NCBI GenBank assembly: GCA_964623085.1
Contig: CAZUTO010000002.1
Span: 51,498-115,497 of the forward strand
DNA from: an uncultured Porticoccaceae bacterium
Lineage (GTDB): Bacteria; Pseudomonadota; Gammaproteobacteria; Pseudomonadales; GM7GCV1
Length of the DNA: 64,000 nt
Direction of reading: 5' to 3'
Below the pieces are notes generated by a model. That model saw only the letters and a program-made list of their open reading frames with translations. It ran no database searches and was not told the origin of the DNA. Shown here in pieces: positions 20,191 to 30,544 of this stretch (its first letter is position 1; every line of letters begins with the position of its first letter). The translations under genes were made by a program, and so were the position numbers.

Positions 20191-21030
20191 TTGCTAATGG
20201 CTGACTTTGCTAGTCTTCTAATATTCTCTTTACTTATTTTCCTTTTCGTTTTGGGCGCGGGTTTGGTGCCGTTTGCTAATCCGATTGCTACCAAACCAAA
20301 AGTGCTTTTTCGGATGACGTGCGTGGCGGCAGGGTTCCTTATTTCGGCAGCCATGCTAATTGCTATTCCGGAAGGATTTGTGCTTTTAAGTCACCATGGA
20401 GATCACAGCGACGAGCACGGCTCTGCACTTTTTGGCGGTACCGCACTATTGCTGGGTTTCGTTTTTATGCTGGCGTTGGAAGGCTTCGGATTTGGACACG
20501 ATGTCCACGAAGAACATCATGATCACATGGAAGAGCATAGTCATGATCATGTTAACCATCCGGCAGAGCACTCTTCAAGTTTAATGATAGGGCTTACTCT
20601 GCATGCGGTGACAGATGGTGTGGTATTGGCCGCAGCATTCTCAATCGGGGAGTTGGTATTGAGCATTCAGCTCGCGGTGGTTGTATTGATGCACAAGTTC
20701 CCGGCCGCATTTAGTCTTTCTGCTTATAGTCTGCATGAGCGCAACGACCGAACACGATCGATGCTCGACTTGCTGTTTTTCGCTTGTGCTACACCGCTGG
20801 CAATGATTCTATCTTGGTTTTTCTTTGACGCGGGTGAAGGTCCTTGGCAGGGCTTAGCTGTTTTATTTGCAGCGGGAAGTTTTATCTATGTTTCGACTGT
20901 GGATGTGTTACCTACGATCCATATCCGCGAGAATTCCAAGCAATCCTTGGGGTTCGTCTTGCTCGGTATTGCACTGATGCTGATCATTTCTTTCGGTGTG
21001 GTGACCTTCTTTCCAGACGTGGGTATCTGA
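20191..21030 (+). CDS. ZIP-family divalent metal (zinc) transporter
   Basis: Polytopic membrane protein with a His-rich loop (HDVHEEHHDHMEEHSHDHVNHPAEH). ZIP-type TM motifs LHAVTDG and HKFPAA. Confidence 0.8.
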   Translation: MLMADFASLLIFSLLIFLFVLGAGLVPFANPIATKPKVLFRMTCVAAGFLISAAMLIAIPEGFVLLSHHGDHSDEHGSALFGGTALLLGFVFMLALEGFGFGHDVHEEHHDHMEEHSHDHVNHPAEHSSSLMIGLTLHAVTDGVVLAAAFSIGELVLSIQLAVVVLMHKFPAAFSLSAYSLHERNDRTRSMLDLLFFACATPLAMILSWFFFDAGEGPWQGLAVLFAAGSFIYVSTVDVLPTIHIRENSKQSLGFVLLGIALMLIISFGVVTFFPDVGI

Positions 21031-21053
21031 TGAGTGTTATTAGAGTAGGGTGT

Positions 21054-21584
21054 CTATAGCCTGATTTCACTGTGATGGTAGGGTAACTGTATGTTGTCTT
21101 TATCATCCACGTATTGCTTAAGTGCGAGATCCACGACTTTGAAGGCTAGTTGATCCCAGGGAATGTCTTTCTTTTCGCAAAGCCGAATTTCAATAGATTC
21201 AAACGTTGTTTCATAGTCAGGTGCGAGTAAATTAGCGAGATAGAAGAAGTAGATCTGGCTAATTTGTGGAATGTTGTATACACCGTGCAGTTTAACAATT
21301 TCGGCTCTCGCTCTCGTTTCTTCCCATGTCTCTCGTAATGCACCTTGCTCGGTGGTTTCATCCATTTCCATAAACCCTCCAGGAAGTGTCCAATAGCCTT
21401 TTCGTGGTTCAATGCCGCGCTTACACATGAGAATTTTATCTTCCCATATGGGTATGCATCCAACGATGACCTTGGGGTTTACATAGTGAATATGATTGCA
21501 ACTCGGGCAGCAGTAGCGTTCCCGGTCATCATGTTCCGGTACTTTGAATTCGACGGGCGCTGCACAGTTTGAACAATACTTCAT
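21054..21584 (-). CDS. NUDIX hydrolase with N-terminal zinc ribbon
   Basis: CSNC...CPSC zinc ribbon followed by the Nudix box GGFMEMDETTEQGALRETWEET. Confidence 0.8.
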   Translation of the reverse strand: MKYCSNCAAPVEFKVPEHDDRERYCCPSCNHIHYVNPKVIVGCIPIWEDKILMCKRGIEPRKGYWTLPGGFMEMDETTEQGALRETWEETRARAEIVKLHGVYNIPQISQIYFFYLANLLAPDYETTFESIEIRLCEKKDIPWDQLAFKVVDLALKQYVDDKDNIQLPYHHSEIRL

Positions 21585-21655
21585 GGTAAGTTAGTTTAAC
21601 CTATTGATTCTTCGTATGGTTAAGCAGTATGGACGGTAAGTGTTGCTAAAGCAGG

Positions 21656-22219
21656 TTGTTGATGAACTTAACTCGTTTTAGACAGCGACTTTCTCCTGTT
21701 CAGGTCGATCTGTCGTGCTTAGATTTGAACAGGTCGGCGAGCGTACTTATCGCCATTACTGATTCTAAGGCTGATCCTAAAATCGTGCTGACGCAGCGTG
21801 CTGTAAATATGAATACGCACGGTGGCCAAGTAGCGTTTCCCGGTGGGAGATGGGAGGAGGGTGATCAGTCATTGATGCACACTGCGTTACGGGAGTCACA
21901 TGAAGAAATTTCGCTAAGATCTGAATGCGCAACCATTCATGGCCGCTTAACCGAGCGACGATCTCTCCACGGATTGACGGTATATCCTTTTGTTGCCGAG
22001 GTGTCGGACGAATTGAATCTCATTAAAAATCCAGACGAAATTGATTCCATCTTTTATCTTCCGTTGGCTTTTTTAATCGAAACTGCCCCCGAAAGAATTG
22101 ATAAAGTAGAGCGTGACGGGAATTACTATGAAATGCCCTGTTGGTACTTTGATAAGTATGAGATTTGGGGGCTAACGGCCATTTTTCTGCAAGAACTACT
22201 CGATAAGTTGGATACGTAA
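21656..22219 (+). CDS. nudL: CoA pyrophosphatase-type NUDIX hydrolase
   Basis: LTQRAVNMNTHGGQVAFPGG precedes the Nudix box GRWEEGDQSLMHTALRESHEE, which is characteristic of the CoA pyrophosphatase subgroup. Confidence 0.7.
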   Translation: MLMNLTRFRQRLSPVQVDLSCLDLNRSASVLIAITDSKADPKIVLTQRAVNMNTHGGQVAFPGGRWEEGDQSLMHTALRESHEEISLRSECATIHGRLTERRSLHGLTVYPFVAEVSDELNLIKNPDEIDSIFYLPLAFLIETAPERIDKVERDGNYYEMPCWYFDKYEIWGLTAIFLQELLDKLDT

Positions 22220-22249
22220 GAGCAAACAAAATAAGGTGAGTATGGGTTT

Positions 22250-22444
22250 ATGGATCAGTCAGATTTGGATGCAGAAGTTGTTGGCTCGCCCTGTGTAAGT
22301 ATTTGTAAGCTCAGTGAAGATGGTTACTGTTTGGGTTGCCACAGGCACACATCAGAGATCAACTATTGGCTAACAATGTCTGATGAGGAAAAAAGAGAGG
22401 TGATTGAGGCATGCAAGGAAAGGGCAGCCGAAGCAAATAAGTGA
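22250..22444 (+). CDS. DUF1289-family small Cys-rich protein
   Basis: SPCVSICKL...GYCLGCHRHTSEINYW pattern. Confidence 0.7.
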   Translation: MDQSDLDAEVVGSPCVSICKLSEDGYCLGCHRHTSEINYWLTMSDEEKREVIEACKERAAEANK

Positions 22445-22461
22445 TCAACTAGGCCTTTAGA

Positions 22462-23751
22462 TTATTCTGGTAGCTCTTCTTGAACGGTCCTCTGATATTG
22501 CCATAGGCGCAGCTTGTCGATCACCTTGTCACCCATTTTTACCGCTTCCGCTCGATAATCCCCGAGAGAGAAACTTACGGCGCCTTCTGGCAATGCTTCC
22601 AATTGCTCTAGTGCCAATCCATTTAATGTTTTAGACCCACTAATGGGTAAGCTCCAGCCCGTTTCCTTGTTTATATCCCGCACTAAAGCACTGCCATCAA
22701 TCAGATACTGGTTTTCTCCCAGACCTTCAATCAACGACTCTTCATCCGCGTCTGAAGTCGTGTACTCCCCGACGATCTCTTCGAGTAAATCATCGAGTGT
22801 GGCGAGGCCTTCGATATCGCCATATTCATCCACTACGAAACCCAGGCGTCTTTTTGCTTTTTGAAAATTGAGTAGCTGAGTCGAAAGCTTAGTGTTTTCC
22901 GGTATGAAGTAAGGCTCGTTTGAAAAACGCTTGATGGACTCTATGCTCAGTCCCTGTTGACCATCTTTGAGAATGCGGTTCACAGAGCGGGTGTGGAGAA
23001 TGCCGACTACCTTATTGATGTCACCCTGAAACACGGGTAAGCGAGTGAATTCACTGTCGAGAATGATACTCTTCAGCACTTCGATTTCTGAGTTTAAGTC
23101 CAAGCCGATGATCTCGTTTCTCGGGATCATGATGTCGTTCACCGTGATCTTCTCTAGATCAAGAATACCCAGCAACATGTCTTGGTGTTGATTTGGAATT
23201 AATTTTCCGGCTTCACCAACAACCGTGCGCAGCTCGTCTGAACTCAAATTTGTGTCGTCTAGTTTGGTTGGGTCTATTCCAAATAGCTTGACTAAACTAT
23301 TGGTGATCCAGTTGATGAGCTTAACGAGAGGCAGCAGAAGTTTAAGAAGCAGCTTCAGTATACGGCTTGCTGGGAAAGCAATGCGTTCTGGATGAACCGC
23401 TGCGATCGTTTTAGGGGTCACCTCTGCAAATACCAACATGATAATAGTGAGCAAACCGGTGGTCAGCCAAATCCCCGCAGAGGCACCAAACCAACGAGTA
23501 AACAATATGCCGGCGACCAACGTAGCCAAGATATTCATGGCGTTATTACCGATCAGGATAAGGCCGATTAATCTATCTGGTCGGTCGAGGAGGGACGCTG
23601 CTCTGCGCGCTGCCGGGTGACGTTTCCGCAGATGCTTCAAGCGGAAACGATTAAGAGACATCATTGCTGTCTCAGAGCTGGAGAAAAAAGCGGATACGCA
23701 GATGAGGAATACGAGTAATCCGATTAAGAAGCCCGTTGGAGCGTCATTCAA
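22462..23751 (-). CDS. CNNM/HlyC/CorC-family transporter (DUF21-CBS pair-CorC_HlyC)
   Basis: N-terminal four-TM DUF21 region with SSSETAM, a central CBS pair, and a C-terminal CorC/HlyC domain. Equivalent to E. coli yfjD, which lies near ffh. Confidence 0.8.
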   Translation of the reverse strand: MNDAPTGFLIGLLVFLICVSAFFSSSETAMMSLNRFRLKHLRKRHPAARRAASLLDRPDRLIGLILIGNNAMNILATLVAGILFTRWFGASAGIWLTTGLLTIIMLVFAEVTPKTIAAVHPERIAFPASRILKLLLKLLLPLVKLINWITNSLVKLFGIDPTKLDDTNLSSDELRTVVGEAGKLIPNQHQDMLLGILDLEKITVNDIMIPRNEIIGLDLNSEIEVLKSIILDSEFTRLPVFQGDINKVVGILHTRSVNRILKDGQQGLSIESIKRFSNEPYFIPENTKLSTQLLNFQKAKRRLGFVVDEYGDIEGLATLDDLLEEIVGEYTTSDADEESLIEGLGENQYLIDGSALVRDINKETGWSLPISGSKTLNGLALEQLEALPEGAVSFSLGDYRAEAVKMGDKVIDKLRLWQYQRTVQEELPE

Positions 23752-23819
23752 CGCGAACTTTTCCTGTATGAATAATACACGGTGAATATGTTGTCTCAGA
23801 TTTGTTCGTATGGCAACTT

Positions 23820-25598
23820 TTAATCAACGAGTTGTTGGTTAAGCAGCTGTATGATGACTTTTCGCAAGGTTTCTGGTTCTACAGGTTTATAAAGAAAGAC
23901 ACCAGCTAGTAATTTGGCCTGTTTTATATCTCCTATTACGGTATCGCCAGTCAGAATAATGCTGGGAATTTTGAATCCCACTTGCGCCTCAACCAGCTCA
24001 ATGATTTTGTCACCGGGGACGGAATTTCTTAGAGTGTAGTCGGTGAGAATAAGGTCTGGCGTGACTGTCTCTAACAGTAGTTGTACTTCTTTATCGGTAG
24101 TAGCTGTCAGAGGATGGCAGCCCCATTTTTTTAGAATTTGCTCGGTTGCAAGAAGGATATTTTTGTCGTCTTCTACGACTAAAATTTGAACACCGGTTAA
24201 ATCAGAATCTGGCAGTGATGCTTGCGTCCTAGGTTCGGTAGCCGGCACGGCTAAGTCTGGTGATAGCTCAAGAAGCGGCATTTCTAGGAAGAAAACACTT
24301 CCGCGGCCGGGAGTTGACCGAAGTGAAATGGTGAAGCCTAGAAGCTGACATAGGCGATCTACAATAGATAATCCAAGCCCTATACCATTTTGCGTTTCTA
24401 GCTCAGGTGTTTCGATCTGATGGAATTCTTTGAATATGCTTTTGAATTCATTGGGTGGAATGCCATGCCCTGTGTCCCATACTTCTATACGTAGACAATG
24501 GTTTCTCTTTCTGGCCGCAATTAAAATTCCACCGGTAGAAGTGCACTTAATAGCATTCCAAATAAGATTTCTTAAGATCCGCTCAAGTAGGACAGCATCG
24601 GTGTTTAGATAGAAAGACTCTGGGCATCGGCAAGTCCATTTCAGACCTTTGGCATGGCACTGCGCAGATGCTTCAGTAGCAATGCTGCGAAGTAAACTGG
24701 AAACATTGATATCGTGCTTGTTGGGGATGATGGCTTCAGCATCTAATTTGGATAAATCTAGCAGAGAATCAAGCAAGTCAGATAGTGCCACTATAGACGT
24801 TTTCAGTTTTGCCATAATCGATAGATTTTGTTTGTCATCTATGCGTTGCGATAGGGTTTCGGAAAAGAGTCTCATCGCGTGGATAGGCTGTCGCAGATCG
24901 TGACTTGCAACAGCTAAAAAACGCGATTTGGCTTTGTTAGCGTCCTCTGCGTTTTGTTTTTGAATCTTTAGTTCTTCAAGTAGCTCGATATTCTCGTATT
25001 TCACTCGGAGTGAATATTCAATGGCACGAAACTGGGAAATCGAAAACGAAATGACGATAGCAACAAAAACCGTGCCCATGACAGCGATCCCGATATAAAG
25101 AGGCTCAGCTTGAAATAAGAAGTAAAGCCCCGTCGGAATCCATGCGGATAAGATAAACGTGAGGAAAATTTTGCGATGACTTATTAGAGCAGGAGCAGAA
25201 CCGGAAATTACCCCAATTAATCCTGCGATCACCGTCAGAGATTGAGCCGTATTAGTCGTATCCATAAAAAGAATACCACTTGCTGACCAAAAGCAACCAC
25301 TGAAAGCGGAGAGTATGATTAGATCGCTTTCCCATCCGGTTATAGAACGTTTTATATTTTCAAAATCCTGCAATTTTTGGTGATGCAAAAAACGAACTAG
25401 ACAGATTGTGTAACCTACGAGCAGCCAAGTGACGATGATTGCGGGGCTGGACCTTCCGATTAGATAGAGTAGGGTCGCGAGAACAGTAGGTGCACCTAGA
25501 TTTGAGGCAAAAAACGTTACCTTATTTTGTTTGATTAAGAGTTCAATCTTGGCAGCCGCAATTTTCTGATCAGATATTGTGGCGGAGGTGGTTTTCAT
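23820..25598 (-). CDS. hybrid sensor histidine kinase/response regulator with polytopic N-terminal sensor domain
   Basis: H-box VASHDLRQPIHAM, N/G boxes (NLIWNAIKCT, DTGHGI, GIGLGLS), and a C-terminal receiver domain (ILVVEDD...LILTDY). Confidence 0.85.
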   Translation of the reverse strand: MKTTSATISDQKIAAAKIELLIKQNKVTFFASNLGAPTVLATLLYLIGRSSPAIIVTWLLVGYTICLVRFLHHQKLQDFENIKRSITGWESDLIILSAFSGCFWSASGILFMDTTNTAQSLTVIAGLIGVISGSAPALISHRKIFLTFILSAWIPTGLYFLFQAEPLYIGIAVMGTVFVAIVISFSISQFRAIEYSLRVKYENIELLEELKIQKQNAEDANKAKSRFLAVASHDLRQPIHAMRLFSETLSQRIDDKQNLSIMAKLKTSIVALSDLLDSLLDLSKLDAEAIIPNKHDINVSSLLRSIATEASAQCHAKGLKWTCRCPESFYLNTDAVLLERILRNLIWNAIKCTSTGGILIAARKRNHCLRIEVWDTGHGIPPNEFKSIFKEFHQIETPELETQNGIGLGLSIVDRLCQLLGFTISLRSTPGRGSVFFLEMPLLELSPDLAVPATEPRTQASLPDSDLTGVQILVVEDDKNILLATEQILKKWGCHPLTATTDKEVQLLLETVTPDLILTDYTLRNSVPGDKIIELVEAQVGFKIPSIILTGDTVIGDIKQAKLLAGVFLYKPVEPETLRKVIIQLLNQQLVD

Positions 25599-25607
25599 GT
25601 TTTCGAT

Positions 25608-26258
25608 CTATAGTTTGATGTCGTCAATAAGCTCTAGACGTATCGCTTCCCGCACGCACCAGGTGCGGTTATTTACACCCAATACTGCAAACAATGAGCG
25701 AATATGGAATTTCACCGTTGTTTCTGAAATGCAGAGTATGGCCGCGATTTGCTTGTTTGATTTACCCTGAGCGAGTAAATGCAGCACTTCCATTTTCCTT
25801 TTGCCTAATCCACTTATTCCTTTGCTTGCGGCAGACTCGACCTGAGTCTCGTTTTTGCTAAGCGATTGCCAGAATGTTTCTGGGAACACTTCCTCACCTT
25901 TCATCAAATTTTGTATTTTGGAAATAAGGTCAAAAGACGAGTCCGACTTAAAGATATATCCTGCAGCGCCGAGTTCGTAGGCTTTCTTCATATCAGTGAG
26001 TGATTCTGATGCTGAGATCACAGCTACAGGCGTTGTTAACTTGCGCGAAGTAAAGGATTGGACGAGTTCGTGTCCGCCAAACCCAGGCATTTTTAAGTCG
26101 GTGAGAATGAGGTCAAAATTGGTCCCGCTATCGATCAGACCAAGTGCACGTTGAGCAGTGTATGCCTCAACAATTTCAGTTTCATCAGAAAGTTGCTGCA
26201 AAACTAGTCTGAGCCCATTCACAAAAAGTCGATGGTCATCGACAACTAAGATGTTCAT
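25608..26258 (-). CDS. NarL/FixJ (LuxR)-family response regulator
   Basis: Receiver domain (MNILVVDDH...LILTDLKMPG) plus a LuxR HTH (SNKQIAAILCISETTVKFHIRSLF). Lies 9 nt upstream of the kinase gene on the same strand. Confidence 0.85.
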   Translation of the reverse strand: MNILVVDDHRLFVNGLRLVLQQLSDETEIVEAYTAQRALGLIDSGTNFDLILTDLKMPGFGGHELVQSFTSRKLTTPVAVISASESLTDMKKAYELGAAGYIFKSDSSFDLISKIQNLMKGEEVFPETFWQSLSKNETQVESAASKGISGLGKRKMEVLHLLAQGKSNKQIAAILCISETTVKFHIRSLFAVLGVNNRTWCVREAIRLELIDDIKL

Positions 26259-26318
26259 GGGCCGTGGTGTGAAGCTCTAATACAATCCATGTATGAACAC
26301 ATATGTTAATCGTCCTTT

Positions 26319-27113
26319 TTATACTGATCCTAAAATCCACTCGATCACAAATTTGCTGCCAACATAGGCAATAAGTAATGCTATGAATCCTGCGAGTGTC
26401 CATTTTATGGCTTTTGCACCTCGCCATCCGAACTTGTAATGGCCGACTATCAGAGTGCCAAAGATGGTCCAAGATACGAGAGAGAAGAAGGTTTTATGAG
26501 CCAAGCGTTGGCCTAAAAAATCTTCGACAAAAACCAATCCGGATATTATCGACAAGCTGAGTAAGACTTGTCCAGCTAAAATCATCTCAAAAAGTAGCTT
26601 GTCGATGGTTTCCATAGGCGGCAAAAAATCTATTCTGCGTCCCAATTGTTTGTGCTTTAGAAGATAGTTGCAATAGTACATCGCCAATGCACAACAGGCG
26701 GCGATGGTAATAATTCCATAAGCCAATACAGATAACACCACATGCATCGCCGTGCCGCCAGGAAGACTTGTGATTTTTGATGGCGTGCCAAACCAAGTGG
26801 TGACAATAAAAATTACCGCAATTGGAACAATGACTAGCAGTAACGAATGAATAGGATGGCGAATACCACCTAAGGCAATGAGTATGACGGTAACTGAAAA
26901 AATCAATGAGCCACTCAGCGTCAAGCTAAAGTTTGTTTGGCCATCAGAGAATATAGCTAATAGCGTGCCAATTAAATGACAGACACCACCAAGAATGCTG
27001 AATACGAGAACGCGGTTGAGGCAGGGCCGATGGCCTTGCCATAGACCTCTGCACAAAGGCCAAAGCGTAAGGACATAGCAAGTTATCGTAAGAGCCGAAA
27101 ATAAAGGTGACAT
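26319..27113 (-). CDS. cytochrome c assembly-family inner membrane protein (YpjD-like)
   Basis: Polytopic membrane protein in the conserved position divergent from ffh. Confidence 0.7.
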   Translation of the reverse strand: MSPLFSALTITCYVLTLWPLCRGLWQGHRPCLNRVLVFSILGGVCHLIGTLLAIFSDGQTNFSLTLSGSLIFSVTVILIALGGIRHPIHSLLLVIVPIAVIFIVTTWFGTPSKITSLPGGTAMHVVLSVLAYGIITIAACCALAMYYCNYLLKHKQLGRRIDFLPPMETIDKLLFEMILAGQVLLSLSIISGLVFVEDFLGQRLAHKTFFSLVSWTIFGTLIVGHYKFGWRGAKAIKWTLAGFIALLIAYVGSKFVIEWILGSV

Positions 27114-27218
27114 TAGATTTGATCGTTACCTCCTAGTGCAGCAGTTTGGCACATCAAAGCGCGATCATCAAAGCGCCTTATGGTATCCTGCTGCCCCCGT
27201 TTTAAGGTGATGTCCGCC

Positions 27219-28703
27219 ATGTTTGAAAACCTTCAAGATCGACTTAGTCAAACGCTTAGAAAAATAAGCGGTAATAGCAAACTAACCGAAGAAAATATCA
27301 AAGAAACGCTGCGCGAAGTCAGGGTTGCATTGCTCGAGGCCGATGTTGCATTGCCTGCCGTAAAGACATTTATTGATAGTGTTAGCGAGACGGCAGTTGG
27401 TCAGGAAGTCAGTAGCAGCCTAAATCCCGGTCAGCAGTTTATAAAAATTGTTGAATCAGAACTGATCGCCTTCATGGGCAAGGCTAATGAATCTCTTAAT
27501 TTGGCAACACAACCGCCAGCCGTCATCTTGTTGGCAGGCTTGCAAGGCGCGGGTAAAACAACTTCCGCCGCTAAACTAGCCAGGCACCTAAAAGATCGGG
27601 AAAAGAAATCAGTGTTAATGGTCAGTGCCGATGTGTATCGGCCAGCGGCTATTGCGCAGTTGCAGCGTCTGGGTGAAGAAATCGAGGTAGAAGTCTTTCC
27701 AAGCGAGTCGGATCAGCGCCCGCTTGAAATTGTGCAGAACGCGGTAGCCCATGCAAAAAGGCAATTTGCTGATGTGCTCATTGTGGATACTGCCGGCCGA
27801 CTCGCTGTTGACGAAGATATGATGAGCGAGATCAGCGAATTACAGTCGTCGCTAAAACCTGCTGAAACACTCTTCGTTATTGATGCAATGACTGGCCAAG
27901 ATGCGGTTAATACGGCCAAGGCATTTGATGAGGTGCTGGATCTCACAGGGTGCATACTGACTAAAGTAGATGGTGATGCGCGTGGCGGGGCGGCGCTATC
28001 GGTTCGTCATATTACGGGTAAGCCCATTAAGTTTTTGGGCGTTGGCGAAAAAGTGGAGGCACTGGAGCCTTTTCACCCTGACCGGATTGCCTCGCGCATT
28101 CTTGGTATGGGCGACATTCTCTCTCTAATTGAAGATGTAGAGCGCAAAGTCGACCAGAAAAAAGCGCATAAGCTCGCACGCAAAATCAGCCGTAGTAAAG
28201 GTAAAGGGTTTGATTTAGAAGATTTACGTGATCAGTTTCAGCAGATGAAAAACCTTGGCGGTATGGGCGCATTGATGGACAAAATGCCGGGTATGGGAAA
28301 CATGTCCAAAATGTTGGAACAGACAGATGCCCAGAAACAATTTGCGGTCATGGAATCCATCATAGATTCGATGACACCCTTTGAAAGACAAAATCCAGAA
28401 GTGCTTAACGGTTCGCGTAAACGTCGCATTACTCAAGGGTCAGGCACGAGCTTGCAGGATCTCATGCGTTTGCTTAAGCAGCACAAGCAAATGCAGAAAA
28501 TGATGAAGAAGATGGGTAGTGGAAAAGGAATGGGGAAAATGCTCAACGCACTTGGTGGAGCAGGCGGGGCAGCTGCCGCGGGAGGTGGTATGCCGGGAGC
28601 ACTTCCACCGGGAATGGACGTACCTAATGGTTTACCAGGCTTACCTGGTGGCGCAGACATTCCGCCAGAGCTACTTCAGCAGCTAAAGAAGCAGAAAAAA
28701 TAG
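27219..28703 (+). CDS. ffh: signal recognition particle protein Ffh
   Basis: The canonical start MFENLQDRLS is at ATG 27219; the tracked start 27180 adds 13 non-conserved residues. GTPase motifs GLQGAGKTT, DTAGR and TKVDGD. Met-rich M domain. Extra Gly/Ala/Pro/Met-rich C-terminal tail. Confidence 0.95.
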   Translation: MFENLQDRLSQTLRKISGNSKLTEENIKETLREVRVALLEADVALPAVKTFIDSVSETAVGQEVSSSLNPGQQFIKIVESELIAFMGKANESLNLATQPPAVILLAGLQGAGKTTSAAKLARHLKDREKKSVLMVSADVYRPAAIAQLQRLGEEIEVEVFPSESDQRPLEIVQNAVAHAKRQFADVLIVDTAGRLAVDEDMMSEISELQSSLKPAETLFVIDAMTGQDAVNTAKAFDEVLDLTGCILTKVDGDARGGAALSVRHITGKPIKFLGVGEKVEALEPFHPDRIASRILGMGDILSLIEDVERKVDQKKAHKLARKISRSKGKGFDLEDLRDQFQQMKNLGGMGALMDKMPGMGNMSKMLEQTDAQKQFAVMESIIDSMTPFERQNPEVLNGSRKRRITQGSGTSLQDLMRLLKQHKQMQKMMKKMGSGKGMGKMLNALGGAGGAAAAGGGMPGALPPGMDVPNGLPGLPGGADIPPELLQQLKKQKK

Positions 28704-28742
28704 CCGTCTATCCACGCCGAAAAATAATGGTTTCATATAGAG

Positions 28743-28770
28743 GGCGTTTTCCGTAAAATACGCGCCTTTT
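28743..28770 (+). terminator. possible ffh terminator/attenuating hairpin
   Basis: GGCGTTTT (28743-28750), loop CCGT, AAAA..CGCC (28755-28766, with a 4-nt bulge), then TTTT. Imperfect stem and short T-run. Confidence 0.3.
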
Positions 28771-28886
28771 CGGGCTTGGGAGCTGTAGGTTATCAGCATT
28801 TAGGCGTCTGAATTTATTGATAATTTCGGCAGTATTTAGTCGTTAATAGACTAGATGCTCAAACTAATTAAGCAGGTATTTTGTTC

Positions 28887-29141
28887 ATGGTAACGATTCG
28901 ACTCTCACGCGGTGGTGCTAAAAAGCGCCCTTTTTACCACTTCACCGTTACAAATAGTCGCAACGCGCGAGATGGCAGATACATCGAACGCCTCGGTTTC
29001 TTTAATCCTATCGCGCGTGGGAGTCAGGAACGTTTGCGCGTTGATTTGGAGCGTGTTGAATACTGGGTTGGCCAAGGCGCGCAGCTTTCTGAACGTGTGG
29101 CTAGCCTTTTGACGGAAGCTCGTGAGGCTGCGTCGCCTTAA
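28887..29141 (+). CDS. rpsP: 30S ribosomal protein S16
   Basis: [17 protein letters not shown] from ATG 28887. Confidence 0.95.
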   Translation: MVTIRLSRGGAKKRPFYHFTVTNSRNARDGRYIERLGFFNPIARGSQERLRVDLERVEYWVGQGAQLSERVASLLTEAREAASP

Positions 29142-29174
29142 CATATTTGTTGCTCTCAAAAATGAGGATACTTG

Positions 29175-29735
29175 ATGTCAGTGAAAACAGACGTTGAGTT
29201 GCAGCAGGGCCAATTAAGGCTGGGTGAGATTTCTGGTCTACATGGCGTAAAAGGCTGGGTGAAAGTGTTTTCGGATACCCAGCCGCGAGAAAATATTTTT
29301 AGTTATCAACCTTGGCAGTTACATGGGCCGGCAGGTCAGTTTAGTGTCGAGGTAAGTCACTGGCGAAAGCAGGGCAAAACATTAGTAGCTCATATTTCTG
29401 GGCTAAGCGATAGGGAGCAAGCTAGAGAGCTTATTGGTGCTGTTATCTCTGTGCCACAAAGTGTTTTACCTGAATTGGATCAAGGTGAGTTTTATTGGAG
29501 CCAATTGATTGGGCTTAGAGTTAAAACTACTGATGCCAAACGAGATGAAGTATTGGATTTAGGCGTTGTTGCCGAGCTGATTGAAACAGGGGCTAATGAC
29601 GTGCTGGTTGTTCGAGGTGATGATGAAAGCATTGATCAAGCTGAAAGATTAATCCCTTGGCTATGCGAACAAGTAATAAAAGACGTTGATTTGGCTACGG
29701 GCGATATTAACGTTGATTGGGATCCAGAATTTTAG
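29175..29735 (+). CDS. rimM: ribosome maturation factor RimM
   Basis: Position within rpsP-rimM-trmD-rplS, the [11 protein letters not shown] motif, and RBS GAGGA upstream of ATG 29175. Confidence 0.9.
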   Translation: MSVKTDVELQQGQLRLGEISGLHGVKGWVKVFSDTQPRENIFSYQPWQLHGPAGQFSVEVSHWRKQGKTLVAHISGLSDREQARELIGAVISVPQSVLPELDQGEFYWSQLIGLRVKTTDAKRDEVLDLGVVAELIETGANDVLVVRGDDESIDQAERLIPWLCEQVIKDVDLATGDINVDWDPEF

Positions 29736-29746
29736 GAAACAGAGAG

Positions 29747-30433
29747 ATGCGAATTGCCGTAATCAGTTTGTTTCCGGAAATGATGAAGGCACTAACCGAA
29801 TTTGGTGTCACATCGAAGAGCCTAAAAGCTGGGTTGTCAGAGCTTCGTTGTTTTAATCCACGTGATTATGCGGCGGATAAACATCGAACGGTTGACGGCA
29901 GGCCTTTTGGTGGCGGTCCTGGCATGGTCATGATGATTCAGCCTCTTCGTGACGCGATAGGTGAAGCACGAAAGTGGTTGGGGTCAGATGCTCGGACATT
30001 GTACCTGTCGCCACAGGGGCAAAGGTTAAATCAGGATCGTGTTGAAAGCATTTATTCTGAGGGTAAGGACCTAATATTAATTGCAGGGCGTTACGAAGGC
30101 ATTGATGAGCGCTTGATTGAACTCGAAGTAGATGAAGAGATTTCAATCGGTGATTACGTCGTTAGTGGCGGTGAATTGCCAGCGATGGTGTTAGTGGATG
30201 CGTTAGTGAGGCAAATACCTGGCGCATTGGGCCATGAAGAATCAGCAAAGCAGGATTCTTTTGCTGAAGATGGGTTGCTAGACTGCCCGCATTATACGAG
30301 ACCCGAAGTCTATGAAGGCTTAAGTGTTCCCGATGTGCTGATGAGCGGTAACCATAAACAGATTGAAGAATGGCGACGATCGAAAGCGTTAGATAGAACG
30401 CAGAAACGGCGGCCAGACCTTTTAAAAGGTTGA
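29747..30433 (+). CDS. trmD: tRNA (guanine37-N1)-methyltransferase
   Basis: [12 protein letters not shown] from ATG 29747, [13 protein letters not shown]-type motif ([14 protein letters not shown]), GRYEGIDER. Confidence 0.95.
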   Translation: MRIAVISLFPEMMKALTEFGVTSKSLKAGLSELRCFNPRDYAADKHRTVDGRPFGGGPGMVMMIQPLRDAIGEARKWLGSDARTLYLSPQGQRLNQDRVESIYSEGKDLILIAGRYEGIDERLIELEVDEEISIGDYVVSGGELPAMVLVDALVRQIPGALGHEESAKQDSFAEDGLLDCPHYTRPEVYEGLSVPDVLMSGNHKQIEEWRRSKALDRTQKRRPDLLKG

Positions 30434-30544
30434 ATAGAGATATTGGTAATTTGAGATAAAGAGTATTCAAATTGCCTATAGGTAAAGTAAGACAATTAAG
30501 CTAAACATATAGATTTATAGAATACCGGATGATTGGAGATCCCC

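Noticed and set aside
28433-28660. A 75-aa Pro/Gly/Ala-rich ORF antisense to the ffh 3' end.
   Set aside because: It is an artefact of the low-complexity GC-rich repeat that encodes the Ffh tail.
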